Both the position numbers and the translations under genes were made by a program. Shown here one piece after another: positions 38,221-51,057 of a stretch of DNA of 60,000 bases (within the stretch, counting starts at the first letter, position 1; the number at the start of each line of letters is the position of its first letter). The DNA comes from Callorhinchus milii (lineage: Eukaryota). The stretch spans positions 3,040,001 through 3,100,000 of the forward strand of contig NW_024704743.1 of assembly GCF_018977255.1 (NCBI RefSeq). The letters run 5' to 3'. The notes below the pieces were generated by a model that saw only the letters and a list, made by a program, of their open reading frames with translations, was not told the DNA's origin and searched no databases.

Positions 38221-39962
38221 AAGAAAATAAACTGGTTAAATCCCAGGTTAAATTCAATTTACGGGAGGCAAGAAAGCTGAGCATGCCCTACCTCATTCTG
38301 TAGTGCTCTCGCCTCAAGAGTCAGATGGTTGTGAGTTCAAACCCCACCTTGGGACTCTGAACTCAGACTGACGCTCCAGTGCGGTGCTGAGGAAGTGCTG
38401 CATTGTCAGAGGTGCCCCCAAATAAAATTGGTCACTCATGCCATGGCTGCTTGTGAGACATTGCTTAGTGCAAATTGGCTGCTGTGTTCGCCTACAAGAA
38501 CCTAGTTAAAAAAAGAGATCATAATCTGAGTCTATACGTAAAAAAACATTTACGCAGACTGCTAATCCAGTATAGGTGAAAAAAAAAACAGTGTAGTGTT
38601 ATAGGGTCTTCTGTTAAAGTTCAAGTGAACATAGTACAAAAACAACATAGGAATATAGAATATACCAGAGTAGGCCATTCTATAATAATAAACCTTGCTT
38701 TGATATAGCTCATTATCTATCACATCGTTCAGACGTCTCAAAGTGCTTCACAGAATAAACTGTAAAGTGGCCTGACTATATTTTGTGGGAGAAACGTGAT
38801 AGCCAATGCGCACAATAGTATCCCACAAACAGTCTATAAGATCATGGCTGATCAAAAAGGCGTCACAAATATCAAAGGTCCATTGTACGTAATCAAAGTG
38901 GTCAATTTAACTATCGCTAATTCATAATATTCTTTGATCGTTTAGCATTCTTCCTGCTTGAGAGAAACGATACTGGGGGAAGCGGATGGATTCCTTATTG
39001 CAAAACCTTATGGAGACATGAATCAGCAAGCAATACAAAAGGACCATTGCAGATCCCGGCAGAAACAGGTTACACGCAACCAGAACAAGGAGGAACTGCT
39101 TCACACGGGGTACTGAGAATGTGGAACTCGCTGACAGAAGCTGTGGTTGAAGCAAAAAGCATCAATGCGTTTAAGCAGAAACTTGATGTGGACATGAGGA
39201 AGAAGGGGAAAGAGGGTTGGTGGTGGCGGAGGGTGTGGGGGGGGGAAGACTCGCGTAGAGGATAAACACTGGCATGGAGGAGTTCAGCCAGATGGCCTGT
39301 TTACATGCCGAATTACTCAATCTAAAGTCAATAGCCTTTGGAGCAAAGAGAAAACTTGGGACAAATACCTCTGTTTTCAAAAAAAATTAATTGTATGAAG
39401 GTTTTGTCAAGGCTGTTATTTTTGTTTCACTGAGCTGGAACCCCCAGGTCTTCTGAATGCCAAGAGTGAGGGTAAGGTTGATCCCCAGTGGTGCCTTAAG
39501 GCCGTGTGGTCCAACCATCTTGTTGCTGAGGGCCAGATGCCCTATTTGAGAAACGTCGGCGGTCCGCAAAGGCAATATTTTTGTGTTTCCCTGCCAGTAA
39601 CATAACATTTACAGGTTATGGAGGGAACGGGTGTGCCAGACGAAATGGGGAGGTGTGGGTGGGCGCTAGATGAAGTTGGCTTGCAGGCTGCCAGATGGTC
39701 CACCCTGCCTTGAGGGAAAGTAAGTTCACAGCCATCTCTTCTGAGAAATATAGTTGATAGCCTAACATGTTCAGACGTGAGGGAGAAGGGAAAAGTGAGG
39801 GGTTGAGGGGGGGGGGGGTGGGGGGGAGAGAGAGAAGAGGTGGGGCTCATGTGGAGCATACACACTGGCACAGATTAGTCAGGATGGATGGCATGTATCC
39901 GTGCTGGATGACGAACTACTATCTTCGATTATGTTGCATAAACTTAGTTGTTATTCCCTTGG

Positions 39963-40340
39963 GTTTAGAAGGTTTGAGGGATGATCTGATTGAGGTGTTT
40001 AAAATACTAAAGGGATTCAATAGCGTAGATACAGAGAAACTATTTCCTCTGGTGGGGGAATCCAGAACAAGAGGGCATAGATTTAAAGTTAGAACTAGGC
40101 CATTTAGGAATGAAATTAGGAGGCAATTTTTCACCCAAAGGGTAGTGGAAATCTGGAACTCTCTCGCCCAAAAAGCTGTGGATGCTGGATCCATTCACAT
40201 CTTCAAAACTGAGATGGATAGATATTTTTTGGGTCAGGATATTAAGGGATATGAGGCAAGGGTGGATAATTGGACTTGATCTTATGGAATGGCGGAACAG
40301 GCTCGAGGGACTGAATGGCCTACACTTGTTCCTATGTTTC
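39963..40340 (+). mobile_element. CR1 LINE 3' fragment
   Basis: LRDDLIEVFKILKGF...LFPLVGESRTRGHRFK...FFTQRVVEIWNSL, typical CR1 ORF2 C-terminus plus 3' UTR. Confidence 0.9.
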
Positions 40341-42574
40341 TACTTTGGAGTAGGGACGCCTTGGGACGTCTTCCCGACGTGTAAGGCGCTATATAAATGT
40401 GAATTTGCATTGTATTGTATCTATGACACAAACTGTTCCTCTTCGTTCTTCAATCCAACTCGAACTGAAAAAAAATCCGATTCCCCATCAATACCACCAG
40501 AGCCTGTGAACTTTAAATATCTGCTTCCTTTATTACAATTCCCTCTCCTCTCGGGCACTGTTAAGAAGCAAAAACTTGCACAATACAATGGATTATGATC
40601 ACCCTTTTGCTGAACCACGACCCTGATAGTGAGACCAACTGGTAGTACAACAGCTGAAGTTAAATCCAAACAGTAAGAGGCCAACCAAACATTTTTGAAT
40701 ACCCCTGTGGCCCACTATAGTCCTTCTCGCATTTCAATCACAGAATCACAGAATGTGGAATCTTGCAGCACTGTGGTTAAGAGCGAGAGAGTTGCTGGGT
40801 TCAATTCCCGGCAGGGCAAAACCTTGGGCAAGTTTCCTTACTCCACACGCCTGATAATAATGCCTCAAAAAAAAAATTGGCCACTTCAATCCACGATTGT
40901 TTGTGGGACCCTGCCGTGCCCGATTGTCTGCCGCGTTTCGCCCCAAAATATACAGTCAATTCACTTTACAGTAGATTCTGTGAAGCGCTTTGAGACGTCT
41001 AGAAGACGTGAAGAGTGCGATATCAAATGCGAGGACTATTATGATTAATTTGATAATGAATAAATCTGCATTTGATGTCATTGCCAATATACTGTAAAGT
41101 GTAGTGACTGTATTTTGTTGGACGAAACATTGAAGCCAATTACGCAAGGCAACGTACCACAAGCATTGAGTAACCAAATTAGTATTTTTTTAAAGGGGTT
41201 ATTACGATCCTCCAATCGACTAACAAACCGGGTTCCTACTTGCTAGGTAAACAGAGGCGTGCGTGTGGAGTTTGAAACTTGCCTAAGGTTTTGTCTTGCC
41301 CGGGAATCAAACCCAGGTCCCCTGGCTCGCAAGGTAAGCTCTCTAACCACTACACTACAGAACAACATGGACTTAAAACTGTAAATGCGGACAGCAATAC
41401 ATAATCATCATACCGTCGCGACGTCTCAAAGAGCTTCACGGGATTTGCACTATGAAGTGTAGTGACTGTATTTTTACAGGCAAACACCTTCCGCTTTTCC
41501 TCCACTCTTACGGTTTGATCTGGTTAAACTCCAGCAGTACTCCCAACCCTCGCAAGGCTTGGATCTTGCAAACCTGTGTCTAATAATCTCTGGAATTAGA
41601 TAAACAGGGTGCGTTCCTACGGCTGGCGGGGGTTGGGGGGAGAGAGAGAGAGAGAGTGTCTATTCCATTCCAGAGACGAGAATTTCCATGTGTACACGGT
41701 GGAACTCTGTCTGGTTTGGATACTGTGAAGCCTTGTGATGGGTTTCCACGTGCGTCAGTCACTTGGCTCAGCAAAAACAAGACGTGACGGCAACAGCCCA
41801 GCAATGATTAAAAAGGGCATATTCTGTATTTCTCACTTTGTTGCCACTATCAACAAGTCGCCAGATTGTAAGATTGAAACTGCGTGCTTTCACAGCTATC
41901 GTTGGTCTGCTAAAGGACCAGAGCATTCCAGTAAAAATGCAACAGCAAGAACGACTGACGACAAGATTTCTCTAAAAGGAGAAGGGAAAACCTTCAGCCA
42001 GACAAAGCAAATTGTGAAAGTATTCTCTCTTCGTCGCTTGCCTTCCCCCCCCCCCCACCCCCCCCCCCACCACACCCAAAGAGTACGTTTTTACCAAAAA
42101 TGTTTCGGTGATATTCTGTAACCGACTCCTCAGAGGAAAGCTGACATCTGTTTCTACTTTTACGAGCGAAAGTCCAAGGCATCAAAGAGGTGTGTGTGTG
42201 TGTCTGTGTGTGTGGGTGGGTGGGGGTGGGCGGATATGGGAGGAACAGAGAGAAAAACACTGCACTGGGAGGATGGGGGCAAACCGTGCCCCCGAGAGAG
42301 GCTCCAGGATTGCGTTAAGAGGGGCACTCCCCCTCCCCTCAGCTCGGAGTCAGGCCCCCGCCACTGTTAAGCGCTCTGAGACACTACCCTGCGACTTCTT
42401 GTTGTTGGCATTGGGTGCAACCAACTAAATCTGCCCAGTTTCCCGCCTCTGGCAGCAGCTAAGGGAAAGGGGATATGAAAAATCAGGAAGGGGTGACAGT
42501 ATATGGGAAGGGGGAATATGGGAGGGGGGTGCATTTACAGGGAGTGGGCAATTACGGTGAGGGGGGATATACAG

Positions 42575-42610
<36 letters not shown>

Positions 42611-42639
42611 GGGGAGGGCGGGTATGTATGAGGGATATA

Positions 42640-43640
42640 TAATGCCTATCAGACTTCAAGTCCTGGATGAGAGGTAAATTTATCCAGTTGAATGTCAACA
42701 AGACCAAAGCCCTCCTGCTTGGCTCCCGTCAGCGCCTCCATACCTTGAACTCCGACAACAACAGCAAAATTACATTTAGAGAGCGCCTTTCACGTCGGGA
42801 GGACGTCCCAAACCGCAGGTGTCGGGGCCCGAGCAGGGGGAAGGGTGGTGTTACGCGTGAGGGAAGGCAGAGAGGTGGGAGGGCGACCGGAGGCACAATC
42901 AAAGAGAAGGGTCTTGAAACCGGCCTTGAAGGAGGCGGCCTGGCGGTACGACCCTTCATGGATGCACTCCACACCTCACGAAGCCGATACGGAACCTCAA
43001 TGCCCTGTTCGACCCTCTACACTCTTTCATACCCCACATCGGATACGACCCGCTCCGCCTTCCCTCACCCTCCGTAATGCTGCCCAGCTCCGCCATCGTC
43101 TCTCAGCGCTGGCCGCCGAGAACCTCATCCACGCGTTCCATCACCTCCAGGCGCGACTATGCCAACTCCCTGCTTGTCGGGCTCCCCAACTCCTCCCTCC
43201 ACAGACTGTAAATACAGAACTCTGCAGCCCGTGTCCTCTCCCGCACTAGGCTCCGCAACTCTATCACCCTCCTCCTCGCCTGACTCCAACTGGCTCCCCA
43301 TCACTCAGAAGATACAGTTCAATATGATAATAACAATAATCCTTGCATTTGATACAGCGCTTTTCAAGATCCTGGTCCTCACCTTCAAAGTCCTCCACGG
43401 CCTTGCGCTTCCCTACCTTTGTGACCTCCTGTAACCCTCTATCATCCTGTCCGCTCCCTTTGCTCGGCAGGCTTCAGCCTGCCTCACCTCGCCATGCCTT
43501 CACTCACCCTCCTACCCCTCCCCACCCTCAACCCGACGTGATCCCAGCCACCAGCTCAGGTGCAGATCCCTGACCGTCCAGCGCCTTGGGACGTTCTCCT
43601 GACATGAAAGGCGCTGTACAAATGCAATTTGTTGTTGCAC
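42640..43640 (+). mobile_element. Degenerate L2 LINE fragments with nested tail pieces
   Basis: FIQLNVNKTKALLLGSRQRL, ENLIHAF, WLPITQKIQF motifs with frameshifts. Confidence 0.75.
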
Positions 43641-43644
43641 ACAC

Positions 43645-44595
43645 ACACACATATATATAGGGACGGGGTACATATGGTAAATATATGTATGGGGAGAGGG
43701 GGATATGTGAGATGTATATAGGGTGTATGTAGGAGATACATACATATGCATACATATACATGGGGAGGGGTATTTATAGGGTGTATATAAGCTTTCTATA
43801 TCGAGGGGTGGGTATACATAGGGAGTAGATATAAGGGAAGTTGGGTATATATGGGGTGTATATTGGGTATATTTATGTGTGTGTGCATATGGGGAGGGGT
43901 TATATGTAGGGTGTATATAGGTATATATGTGGGTTACATATAGATATATGTGGGGAGGGGGTATGTAGTATATATATATAATATTATATATAAGGTATAT
44001 ATATGTGGGGAAGGGGTATGTATGGGATGTATACAGGATATATATATGGGGAGGGGGGTATATAGTATATAGGGAGGAGGGGTATAGTATATATATGGGG
44101 GAGGGGGTATATAGTATATATGGGGGTATAGTATATATGGGGGAGGGGGTATAGTATATATGGGGGAGGGGGTACAGTATATATGGGGAGGGGGGTATAG
44201 TATATATATGGGGAGGCGGTATATAATATATATGGGGGTATAGTATATATATATAGGGGGAGGGAGTGTGGTATACATATAGGGGGAGGGGTGTATAGTA
44301 TATATATAGGGGGAGGGGTGTGGTATACATATAGGGGGAGTGGGTACAAGTATATATATAGGGGGAGGGGGGTGTAGTATATATAGGGGGGTATGTAGTA
44401 TATATATATGGGGAGGGGTATAATATATATAGGGGGTATATAGTGTATATAGGGGAGGGTGGCATGGTATATATATATGGGGAGGGGGTGTGGTATGCAT
44501 TTAGGGAGAGTGGGTATACAGTATATATAGGGGAGGGGGTATAGTATATATAGGGGGAGGGGTATAGTATATGGAGGGGGTATATATAGAGTGTA
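43645..44595. repeat. Degenerate minisatellite, ~20-24-bp unit TATATATGGGGAGGGGGTATAG
   Basis: Alternating G-runs and TA-runs for ~950 bp. Confidence 0.9.
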
Positions 44596-44599
44596 AATG

Positions 44600-45180
44600 G
44601 AGTCGCTGCACTGTCGGGGCGGGAGGAGCGCGAGGCCTGACCTCGGGGTGATTTACCCCGAGCCTCGGGATCCCCGCCCGCGAGACTGCGCGAACCCACA
44701 CCCACACCCGCACCCGCCCCGGGGCCGCTCACCCCACTCACCGCCAGCACTCAGGCCCAGCCTCCCGCCATGGCGCTGCCTGTCGCCGGTCCCGCGGCTC
44801 GGCCTCGGCCTCCGCTGCTCCTCTCCTCAGGCGGCCTCCGCGCCACACAACAGCCGCCGCCGCCACCACCGCCGCCTCAACCTCACGTCCTCCGCTCGAG
44901 CTCCCCGCCCGGGAGGGAGGGAGACGCGGTGACGTAGAGCACAGCCGGAGGGAGACGCGGTGACGTAGAGCGCAGCCGGAGGGAGACGCGATGACGTAAA
45001 GCGCAGCCGGCGGGGAGACGCGGTGACGTGCAGCGCAGCCAGCCAGGCGCCGCGCGCACGTCCCGGTGACGTGCCACGCAGTCGGGCGGTGGCGTTAAAC
45101 CGCCACGCCCAGCACGCGTTGCCCCACCCTCCCTCAGTGACGTCACCTGGCCCGGGCCACGCCTTCCGCAGCAGCTACAT
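44600..45180 (-). promoter_or_regulatory. CpG-island promoter with tandem CRE/ATF sites
   Basis: Very high GC and CpG content; four ~31-bp units each with TGACGT (44916-45040); perfect TGACGTCA at 45138-45145. Confidence 0.8.
44742..44915 (-). other. RNF19A: Non-coding exon 1 of the RNF19A-like gene
   Basis: GCG|GTGAGT donor at 44742/44741 inside a CpG island; GGC repeats typical of housekeeping 5' UTRs; TSS position approximate. Confidence 0.7.
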
Positions 45181-45594
45181 TGGGTCACAATAAATAATAT
45201 ATAATATATAATAATAACAATAATAATCATTGCATTTGACACAGCGCCTCGTCACGTCTTTTCCGCGTCTCAAAGCGCTTCACAGGACAGACCGTGTATT
45301 TGCGGGCGAAACGCGGCAGCCAATTGCGCACAGCGGCGTCCGTCCCCCCCCGTCCCCCCCACACACACACAAACAGTCGTGGAAAATGGAAAAATGACCC
45401 ATTTTATTATTGCTTTTCATTTTTTTGGAGGGATTATTGTCGGGCGGGCGGAGTAAGGAAACTTGCCCAAGGTTTCGCCCCCGCCTGGGATTGAACCCCG
45501 CCCGGGTGTCTGTCTCGCTTTGCGAAGGCGAGTGTGCTCTTCACCACCGAGCCCGCAGGACTCCAAAGCAACCGGTCACGCTGCAGCCTTCGCA

Positions 45595-45885
45595 GCCCAT
45601 CCCTGCGTTTAAGGGTCTCCAAACCAATTCCATTCATCCCAACTACACGTGGAAATCCCAGGGATAGGTTTGTTGGAATGGAATGCGCTCTCTCTCTCCC
45701 TGGAGGGAGGCATCTTGCTGACCTAATTCCAGGCAGTATTAGGCGCAGGTTGGCGAGAGCCAAGGCTTGTGTGCGGCATGGGGGGAGCCCGGAGTGTGCG
45801 TTGGGGTAACTGCTGGAGTCTAACCAGCTAAAACCCACACACATAGCTCGGCCATTGATATCGCTGTCTGGCCAAGCCTTCCCTC
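45595..45885 (-). repeat. Unclassified hairpin-rich interspersed repeat (reverse orientation)
   Basis: Reverse complement of the 18270-type element. Confidence 0.8.
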
Positions 45886-46019
45886 CGTTCCCCACTATGC
45901 ATTAGAGTATATTCATATATACCCGGGTTCTATTCCCAGGCAGGGCGAAATGTTGGTCAAGTTTCCTTACTCCACACACCTCTGTTTACCTCGCAGTAAG
46001 TAGGAACCCAGTTGTTAGT

Positions 46020-46995
46020 CACCTGCGGGGTACTCCAGGGCTCCATCCTTGGCCCTCTTATTTCCCTTATCTATATGCTCCCTCTGGGCAATGTATTCCG
46101 CTGACATGGTATAAACTTGTATGCGGATTACACACAAATCTACTTTGTCTCCTCCAGTACCAACTCTAGGTCCTTCTATCAGCTTGTCTGGCAGACATCA
46201 ATGCCTGGATGAATGCAAACTTCCTACAGCTGATTGTGGACAGGACGGAAGCCACACTCCTTGGCTCCTGTCAACGTCTTTACTCCTGTGGATCTAAACT
46301 CCTCAACCTCCCTCCCTCTGTTCTCCCTCAAACTCACCGAACCAGTGCGCAATTTAGGCATCCGGTTCAACCCCCAGCTGTCCTTCCTCCCCCACACCCA
46401 GTTCCTGACCAGGAACGCCTTCTTATACCTCTGCTACATTGCCCGCCTCCAACCGTACCTTACCCCAAATGGAGCTGAAACCCTCGTGCGTGCATTTGTC
46501 ATCTCCCACTTGGATTACACAAACACTCTCCTCTCTCCGGCTCCACTGTTCAAAAGATTCAGCTCATTCAGAATCTGCTGACCACATACTTACCCGGACC
46601 AACTCCGTACCCACATCTCACCAGTTCTGGCCAGGCTCCACTGGCTCCTCATAATGATGTATCAACTTCAAGATCCTCACACTCGTGTTAAAATACCTCC
46701 CTATCTATCCTCACTCCACCACCTGGCGCCTCCGCTTGACTGGCACTGGCCTCCTACTCGTCCCTCGCACCCTCCACCCCACCAACGGAGGTCGCGCTTT
46801 CAGCCACTACGTCCTAAAACTCTGGAACGCTCTCCCTCAATCCCTCCGCCTTGCCCCCTCTCTCCCCTTTTTTCAAGTCACTCATGAAAACCTTCCTCCT
46901 CGACCATGCTTACTCCCAACCCCCAGCTCGGAGTCAGGCTCCACCACTGGTAAGCGCTGAGACTCTACCCTGTGTGGAGAGTGCAGGTGTTGCTG
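46020..46995 (+). mobile_element. Degenerate L2 LINE fragment including part of the RT domain
   Basis: GV.QGSILGPL..LIYMLPLG-like motif near 46025, NFLQL, VRNLGIRF, GGRAFSHY; frameshifted. Confidence 0.85.
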
Positions 46996-47448
46996 TACAT
47001 ACCTACGTACTATGGGTCCACACCGCTTGGTTTGAATACTGTTGAGCACGGAGATGCGTTTGTGTGTGTGGTAGACAACAAAAATGCCACATAGGGGAAC
47101 TGAGAGTAGCTGATCGCCACACTAAGAGGAACTGTTTTGATCTTGCTCGCTCAACTTAGTTGAGGCTAATACGCGAGAAGGTTATATTGTGTTGCAATTT
47201 GCAATTGCTGAGAAATGATTCTTTGACCCAACGCTTACAGTTCCCGCTACTGTGGTTACAGTTCCCGGTAAGGTTTCGCAAATGAAGTCAGCATCTGGGA
47301 GGTCTAAAAGTAAGTTTCATTTCAACAATCAGTTTCTGAAAAGTTTGCCTTTTAAAAAAAAAAGCTGAATAATTAAAAAATCCGAAAAACACGTTCAGCG
47401 GGTGGAAGGGAATGACGATACGGTTTTTTTATCGTCAACAATTCAATA

Positions 47449-47767
47449 TAATAATAATAATCCTTGCATTTGATATAGCGCTTTTCACGTCGGGAGGACG
47501 TCCCAAAGCGCTTCACAGAATATACTGTAAAGTGAATTGACTGTATATTTGTGGGCGAACGCGGCAGCCAATTGCGCACAGCAATGTCCCACAAACAGTC
47601 GTAGATTGAAAATGACCAATTTATTATTGTTTGGGGTTTTGGAGGGATTATTATTAGGCTCTGTGTGGAGTAAGGAAACTTGCCCAAGGTTTCGCCCTCT
47701 GCCTGGAATTGAACTCAGGTCTCTCGCTTGCAAAGCGAGTGCTCTAACCACTGAGCCACAGGACTCC
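47449..47767 (-). mobile_element. tRNA(Ala)-derived SINE, young short subfamily
   Basis: Reverse complement near-identical to the 11885 copy. Confidence 0.92.
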
Positions 47768-48139
47768 ACGATGATTAATCCTGGCATTTTATACAGCACT
47801 TCATGACTTTATCGAGACGTCTCGATGCGCTTCAAAACTGGAGTGTTGTGACTGTTTTTGTGGGTGAATGCGGCACGCGATTTGTGCACAGCAGCATTCC
47901 CACAAACAGTCATAGAGCGAGTGAACAGTTTTATCTGGGGGATTGTCGGCCAGAACACCGGGAGAGAGAGAAACTCCCTCTCTTTACCAATAGTGCTGTA
48001 GAATCGTTAATGTCCACCTGATCAGGCATACATAAGCCAGGACCTTGGCTTGACATCTCATCTGAAGGACGACACCTCCTACAATGCAACGCTCCCCCCA
48101 GCACTGCGCTGGAGTTAGTTTAGCCTTTTCAGACCAGTT

Positions 48140-49120
48140 TAGATTGGGATTATTCTCCTGAGAGCAGAGAAGGTTGAGGGAAGATTTAATAAAGGTGTTC
48201 AAAATTATGAGGGGCTTTCACAGAGTAAGTAAGGAGAAACTGTTTCCTGTGGCAGGTTGGTCGGTAACCAGAGGACACAGATTTAAGATAAATTGGCAAA
48301 AGAATCAAAGGGGAAATGAGGAGACATTTTTTTTTAACCGGAGAATTGTTATGGTCTGGAATGCACTGCCTGAAAGGGTCTGGAAGCAGGTTTGATAGTA
48401 GCTTTCAAAAAGAGCATAGGATAGGTAATTGAAAAGGCATCCGGTTCGACCCCCAACTGTCCTTCTTCCCCCACATCTGGTCCCTGACCAGGACCGCCTT
48501 CTTCCAACTCCGCCACAGTGCCCGCCTCTGACCTCCGACCGTACCTTACCCCAAATACAGCCGAAACCCTCGTGCATGAGTTTGATACCTCCCGCTTGGA
48601 TTACTCCCACGCACTCCTCCCCGGTCTCCCCAGCTCCACCATTCACAAGATCCAGCTCATTCAGAACTCTGCCGCCCGCACACTTACCCGGACCAAACTC
48701 CGTACCCACATCTCACCAGTTCTGGCCCAGGCTCCACTGGCTCCCCGACACCGAACGGATCAACTTCAAGATCCTCACTCTCGTGTTCAAATCCACTACC
48801 TCCCCGTCACCTCCCTCCCTCTCCAACTTCCTCACTCCCCAATCCTCCGCTCGACTGGCACCGGCCACCTGCTCATCCCTCGCGCCCTCCGCCCCACCAT
48901 CGGAGATCGTGCTTTCAGCCACTACGTCCCAAAACTACAGGAACATTCTCCCTCAATCCCTCCGCCTTGCCCCCTCTCCCCTTTCAAGTCCCGCCTGAAA
49001 ACTTTCCTGTTCGACCGTGCTTTCGGCCACCTCTCCCCTGCCCCCGGCTCCGCCACTGTTAAGCGCTGTGGGACGCTATTCTGCGTTGAGGGTGCTATAC
49101 CAGTGCAAGTTGTTGTTGTC
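48140..49120 (+). mobile_element. CR1 3' fragment (~48140-48425) abutting an L2 3' fragment (~48430-49120)
   Basis: REDLIKVFKIMRGF/TRGHRFK, then AETLVHEFDTSRLDYSHALL...IGDRAFSHY...KTFLFDRAF and a (GTT)n tail. Confidence 0.85.
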
Positions 49121-50571
49121 GAAAAGGAAAAATTTGCAGGAATATAGGGTAAGAGCGGGGGAGTGGGCCTAGCTGGTAGCTCTTTAAAAAGAGCCGGCAG
49201 AGGCACCCTGGGGCGAATGGCCTCCTTCTGTACTGTAAGATTCTATGAGTTGGCAGCAAACGATATGACTTATTGAGGGATTATAGCCACACATTAAAAA
49301 ATGAGAAATGAACAAAGACGTATTTGCTTAATGATTCATCCAATTTGTGGTTATGTAAAGAGAAGTGTGAGATGCTGTACGGGAAGGAGATTTACAAAGA
49401 GGACCGTCAAACAATATAAAAACTATTTCCTTACCTCCACATCCTACACTGTTAATCCTCATGTTATTAACCCATTATTTCGCCGCAATGTCTTGCATTG
49501 CTTACCTTCACAATCAAGCCTTTGGTCTAACTGGTAATAAAAACCTCGCATTTGATAATAGTGCCTTATCACGTCGTTGAGATGTCTCAAAGCGCTTCAC
49601 ATACACTGTAAAGTGTGCATTTTGTAGGCGAAACACGGCAGCTAATTGCGCACAGCAATTTCCCACAGTGGTGGATTGAGTGACCAAATTTATGGAGTTT
49701 TTATGGAGGGATTATTACCCCCAGAAAGCAATCCGCCAATCAACTAACAACCGGGTTCCTACTTACTGCTAGGTAAACAGAGGTATGTGGAGTAAGGAAA
49801 CTTGCCTAAGGTTTCACCCTGTCCTGGAATTGAACCCGGGTCCTCTCGCTGCAAGGCGAGCACTCTTAACCACTACGCTATGATCCTTACGGCCTGTTCT
49901 GATTCCATTGCTCACGGTTCTAAAGGAAATACAAGAGGACAACGGCATCACAAAAAGTTTTCCTTTTATTACCTGCAGCCTAGAGAGATTCTCACTTTAC
50001 TTTCTCAGGTAAACTAGTAAAAATACTGTCACTCTTGTTGTGTTGAAATGCGGTTCCCAATGTACTAACTGACGTTGAGGATTATTATCCCAACCGCAAT
50101 TAACGGACGGCTTAGCTTGGCGGCGTGTTTTCCTTACCGTCCGAGGATCTTCGCTGATGTTCGGGGCTGGATTGTAACGGACACAGAAAATGAAGCACTT
50201 TCCTTTGCTAGCTCTCTGCTACAATGGAGGTTTGTGTTATTTTTTTATTAAAAAAAAAACCCAGTGTCACAAAAGACAGCAACTACGTTGCTGACTGGGA
50301 ATAGGGCAGCTTTGCCTGTCTCTGGTTCCCAGCGGTCAATTACACAGAAAAAACCAACAGTCAAGTCTTCGCCCAGGCAGGAGCCTAATGTTTTGGTGTT
50401 TTTCTTTTTTTTTTGTCATTTGTATTGAACGGAAATCGTACATCCATCGAGCCCCCGCCCCCCCCCTCCCCCCACCACCCTCAGCGGGCTGGGGGTTTCC
50501 GGCTCCTGTGGGAGGGTAGTGGAGGAAGGGAGGTGGGCCTCGGTGATCAGGCAGCTGGACAGGCCCGAGGG

Positions 50572-50684
50572 TCAAGGCTGTGCCCCGGTCACGACGGCAA
50601 TAGGTGGCCCCAGGGGGTTGGGGGAGATGATTGGAGATCCGGTGAGCGGCCCAAGGGGCTGCGAGATGGGCAGTGATGGTATAC
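50572..50684 (-). CDS. CSNK2A1: CK2-alpha last coding exon (IPSLPISQPLGPLTGSPIISPNPLGPPIAVVTGAQP*)
   Basis: Acceptor CTCTCTTTCCAG|GT (phase 1); aligns with the CK2-alpha-specific tail (PLGPLAGSPVI..NPLG..GAQQ); TGA at 50572. Confidence 0.88.
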
Positions 50685-50767
50685 CTGGAAAGAGAGAGGG
50701 AGAGAGAGAAACACAGCCAGGTTAGGCAGAGACACAGCACAACATCCCTTATCTGCATAGAGGTGTG

Positions 50768-51057
50768 AACCTGCCTAACGGGTAGGGTGGTCCTAGCTGG
50801 ACAAGCAGCAGGAAAGCTGCTAGTTCGCTTCCAGCAGTTACCCATTGGGCACTCCCGGCTCCCCAAGCCTTGGCTCTTGCCGAACTGCGCCTAATGCTGT
50901 ACTCTCTGTCCGGAATTAGGTAAGCAGGATTCATCCCTCCAGGGAGAGAATGTGCATTCCATTCCAGCAATCTCGTCTCCGGGATTTTCCGTTCAGGTGG
51001 GAGGCGTGGAATTCTCAGCTTAGTTTGGAGACTCTTAAGCACGGTGATGGGTTTCCG
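50768..51057 (+). repeat. Unclassified hairpin-rich interspersed repeat
   Basis: Same motif series as other copies. Confidence 0.8.

Noticed and set aside
35375..38280. Recurrent ORFs 'GKFPYST...[10 protein letters not shown]' and 'SCSSVVRALAL' suggesting a gene family
   Set aside because: They are translations of SINE copies
43512..44750. 412-aa Tyr/Pro/Ile-rich extensin-like ORF
   Set aside because: Translation of the minisatellite; non-ATG start; reads through the exon 1 donor into the intron
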